Below are positions 61,558-64,000 of a DNA stretch of 64,000 nt, piece by piece. The DNA comes from an uncultured Thiotrichaceae bacterium (GTDB taxonomy: Bacteria > Pseudomonadota > Gammaproteobacteria > SZUA-229): positions 7,268-71,267 of the forward strand of contig CAYXNL010000003.1 of NCBI GenBank assembly GCA_964466455.1. The letters run 5' to 3'. The position numbers and the translations under genes are program-made. Position 1 is the first letter of the stretch. Each line of letters starts with the position of its first letter. Below the pieces are notes generated by a model. That model did no database searches and had not been told where the DNA came from. It saw only the letters and a program-made list of their open reading frames with translations.

Positions 61558-62133
61558 TCAGGGGTTAGCTGTTTTTCTATTTACCCATTGCTTCAGTTCA
61601 TTTACGCTACGCTGTAAAAAGGCAGCATCTTTAAAGGCACAGGCCATAACAATAATCCCCTGCATACGTGCCATCATATCCATTGCCAGTTCACTGGCAT
61701 TGTTCATTTCTAAAGCTGTAAACTGTTTGCCTGCCCATTCGAGAATGACTTCAAATACCAGTCTGGATTTCTGCTGCAGGTCAGCCTCCTCCTTTGCCAG
61801 CTCAGTACTTAATGACCCTATCGGGCAACCGGATACCAGCACACTGTCCTGATTTATTTTTAGTAGTTCAACAAGTAGTAACAGGCGTTCCCGCGGGTTC
61901 TCGGTACTCTTGTCATAGCGCTGTAGCTGTTCAATAAACGTTTTACCGCGTGCCTGAACCACCGCTTCGAGAATATCATCCTTGGTTTTAAAATAATAAT
62001 AAAAATTACCACGTGGAATGTCCGTAGCATCCGAAATATCCTGAAACGATGTCTGGTTATAACCGTGTTGATAAAACAGTGTATCCGCTGCCTGTATTAT
62101 CCGTTGACGGTTACCTTCCCCTTTTGTGCCCAT
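61558..62133 (-). CDS. TetR/AcrR family transcriptional regulator
   Basis: 191 aa; N-terminal HTH RQRIIQAADTLFYQHGYNQTSFQDISDATDIPRGNFYYYFKTKDDIL. Confidence 0.85.
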   Translation of the reverse strand: MGTKGEGNRQRIIQAADTLFYQHGYNQTSFQDISDATDIPRGNFYYYFKTKDDILEAVVQARGKTFIEQLQRYDKSTENPRERLLLLVELLKINQDSVLVSGCPIGSLSTELAKEEADLQQKSRLVFEVILEWAGKQFTALEMNNASELAMDMMARMQGIIVMACAFKDAAFLQRSVNELKQWVNRKTANP

Positions 62134-62288
62134 ACGCTACTCTCTTCATCCAACATATACGCCCGAATATGATATTCTAGTTATCATAAAATTCATTATC
62201 AGACGATCGTATTACTATAGCAAACACTGTAACATCACCTTTATATAGATGACAATAACCAGGCTAAATATTTTAGCAAGCCCCTACC

Positions 62289-63299
62289 ATGAATGCGCTG
62301 ACAATTAAAAATCTACAAAAAACCTATAACAACGGCGTTATTGCGCTTAAAGGCGTTGATCTTACGGTAAAAAAAGGTGATTTCTTTGCCCTCCTCGGCG
62401 CTAATGGTGCCGGAAAATCAACCGTTATTGGTATTATTACTTCATTAGTCAGGAAGTCTGCCGGCAAAGTAGAGGTTTTCGGTCACGATATTGATACTGA
62501 TGCGGCTGTCGCACGTAAATATATCGGTCTGGTTCCACAGGAGTTCAATTTTAATATTTTTGAACCCATTGAAGAAATCCTTATCAATCAGGCTGGCTAT
62601 TATGGCATCAATCGTCGCCTGGCTCGACAACGTGCGGAGCAGTATTTAAAACAACTGGATCTGTGGGAAAAACGCCATACGATGGCAAAGGAATTATCCG
62701 GTGGCATGAAACGCCGTCTGATGATTGCCCGCGCGTTGATGCACCGACCACAGTTACTGATACTCGATGAACCAACCGCCAGTGTTGATATTGAAATTCG
62801 CCGCAGTATGTGGGCATTTCTGATAGAAGCTAACAGGCAGGGGACAACTATCATCCTCACTACACATTATCTCGAAGAGGCAGAAAGACTGTGTCAGAAT
62901 ATCGCCATTATTGACCACGGGATAACCATTGAACAAACCAGTATGCGAACCTTACTGAGCCGATTGCATCAGGAGACTTTTGTGCTATATCTCAGGAAAA
63001 AAATAACCAGCCTGCCTCATTGTGATAGCTTTACGGTGCGCTGTATTGATGACACCACGCTTGAAGTAGATATTGAGAAAACACAGTTACTGAGTGATGT
63101 TTTTGATATGCTGACAAAATGTGGGGCAGAAATTTATAGCATGAAAAACAAAACCAACCGCCTTGAGCAACTATTTATGTCTATGGTTGGACCACAGCCA
63201 GTTAAAACTTCTGAATCACCCCCGTCTGGATCACCCGTGTCTGAATCACCTCTGGCAGAATTAAAACGCAGGGAAACACTAAAGGTTACGGACAACTGA
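62289..63299 (+). CDS. ABC transporter ATP-binding protein (ABC-2 exporter type, YadG-like) with Ser/Pro-rich C-terminal tail
   Basis: 336 aa; Walker A GANGAGKST, signature LSGGMKRRL, Walker B LLILDEPT. Confidence 0.85.
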   Translation: MNALTIKNLQKTYNNGVIALKGVDLTVKKGDFFALLGANGAGKSTVIGIITSLVRKSAGKVEVFGHDIDTDAAVARKYIGLVPQEFNFNIFEPIEEILINQAGYYGINRRLARQRAEQYLKQLDLWEKRHTMAKELSGGMKRRLMIARALMHRPQLLILDEPTASVDIEIRRSMWAFLIEANRQGTTIILTTHYLEEAERLCQNIAIIDHGITIEQTSMRTLLSRLHQETFVLYLRKKITSLPHCDSFTVRCIDDTTLEVDIEKTQLLSDVFDMLTKCGAEIYSMKNKTNRLEQLFMSMVGPQPVKTSESPPSGSPVSESPLAELKRRETLKVTDN

Positions 63300-64000
63300 T
63301 GAAATTTTCAGAGAAAAGAATTGCCCTGCAAACTATTGTTATTAAAGAATTTTTACGTTTTATCCGGATCTGGATACAAACAATACTGCCACCTGCGATT
63401 AGTATTGGTTTATATTTTATTATTTTTGGTCGATTGATCGGGTCACAGATTTCAGATATCGAAGGCTACAGCTATATGCAATATATTGTTCCCGGACTGA
63501 TCTTAATGTCCGTGATTACCAATGCATACTCCAATGTTGTTTCTTCTTTTTTCAGTGCTAAATTTCAACACAGTATTGAAGAAATGCTGGTTTCCCCTTT
63601 ATCGAACAATATCATTTTAATCGGTTTTATATCCGGTGGTGTCGCCCGGGGTATGATTGTCGGTATTACCGTTACGATCGTTTCTCTGTTTTTTACCCAC
63701 CTACAAATACACAGCTACCTGATCAGTTTTGCTGTCTTTATTCTGACATCAATACTCTTCTCACTCGCGGGATTCATTAATGCTGTTCACGCAAGAAACT
63801 TTGACGACATCACTATTGTTCCAACCTTTGTATTAACACCACTAACCTATCTGGGTGGCGTTTTTTATTCCATAAAAATGCTGCCGGATTTCTGGCAGCA
63901 CGTTTCGCTTGCCAACCCGATTTTATACATGGTCGATGCCTTCCGTTATGGGTTTCTGGGTATCAGTGATATTAAACTGAGTACTGCTTTCACCTTAATA
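63300..64000 (+). CDS. ABC-2 type transporter permease (YadH-like), 3'-truncated by window end
   Basis: Hand translation from ATG at 63300: MKFSEKRIALQTIVIKEFLRFIRIWIQTILPPAISIGLYFIIFGRLIGSQI...; multiple TM helices; start overlaps the ATPase stop (TGATG). Confidence 0.7.

Overview
This is a 64 kb stretch of a gammaproteobacterial chromosome (about 40% GC). The housekeeping proteins are roughly 60-70% identical to E. coli and gene order is partly E. coli-like, partly rearranged. I could support no rRNA, tRNA, CRISPR array, integrase or transposase from the sequence.

**Minus-strand backbone (1-24.1 kb).** A partial CPA2 antiporter is followed by a carbon-nitrogen hydrolase, a small exported ORF and the core block yhdP, rng, maf, rlmH, rsfS, nadD, proA, holA, lptE and leuS. 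The second block holds slt, lnt, corC, ybeY, ybeZ, miaB and an orphan rmlD-like reductase.

**Middle (24.8-43.2 kb).** Here lie dcd, a CoA-disulfide-reductase/rhodanese fusion, and a LemA plus membrane M48 peptidase pair. Next come an NPP-type alkaline-phosphatase-family enzyme, apbC(mrp)/metG divergent, a REC-REC-GGDEF regulator, the complete rsxABCDGE-nth operon, and a vapBC-type toxin-antitoxin pair wedged in front of an RND efflux pump and its adaptor.

**Right arm (47.5-64 kb).** The ydbH-ynbE-ydbL operon is here, so the window carries two AsmA-like lipid transporters (YhdP and YdbH). A small Cys-containing putative sensor is translationally coupled to a cytoplasmic multi-PAS hybrid histidine kinase. 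A cluster headed by a heavy-metal-type MerR regulator follows. The end holds an FMN glutamate-synthase-family membrane protein, small DUF2892 and lipoprotein genes, TetR, and an ABC-2 exporter running off the window.

**Most interesting region (54.3-58.8 kb).** A MerR regulator with a PbrR/CadR/ZntR-like Cys triad sits upstream of DUF1015, gshA (probable TTG start) and DUF1841. Next comes a separately terminated gene for a small Sec-secreted Met/Cys-rich protein built from tandem EGKCG...MKKME modules. This looks like a periplasmic Cu/soft-metal binding protein, or possibly an orphan RiPP-metallophore-like precursor with no maturase gene nearby.

**Other observations.** A previously unannotated ~140 bp inverted-repeat (MITE/REP-like) element is present in a long copy at 58.05 kb and a short copy at 25.39 kb. 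There are in-frame 15 bp tandem repeats inside ydbH and an 18 bp tandem duplication at the yhdP stop. The rlmH ORF is over-extended in the ORF track; a TTG start at 8046 fits better.
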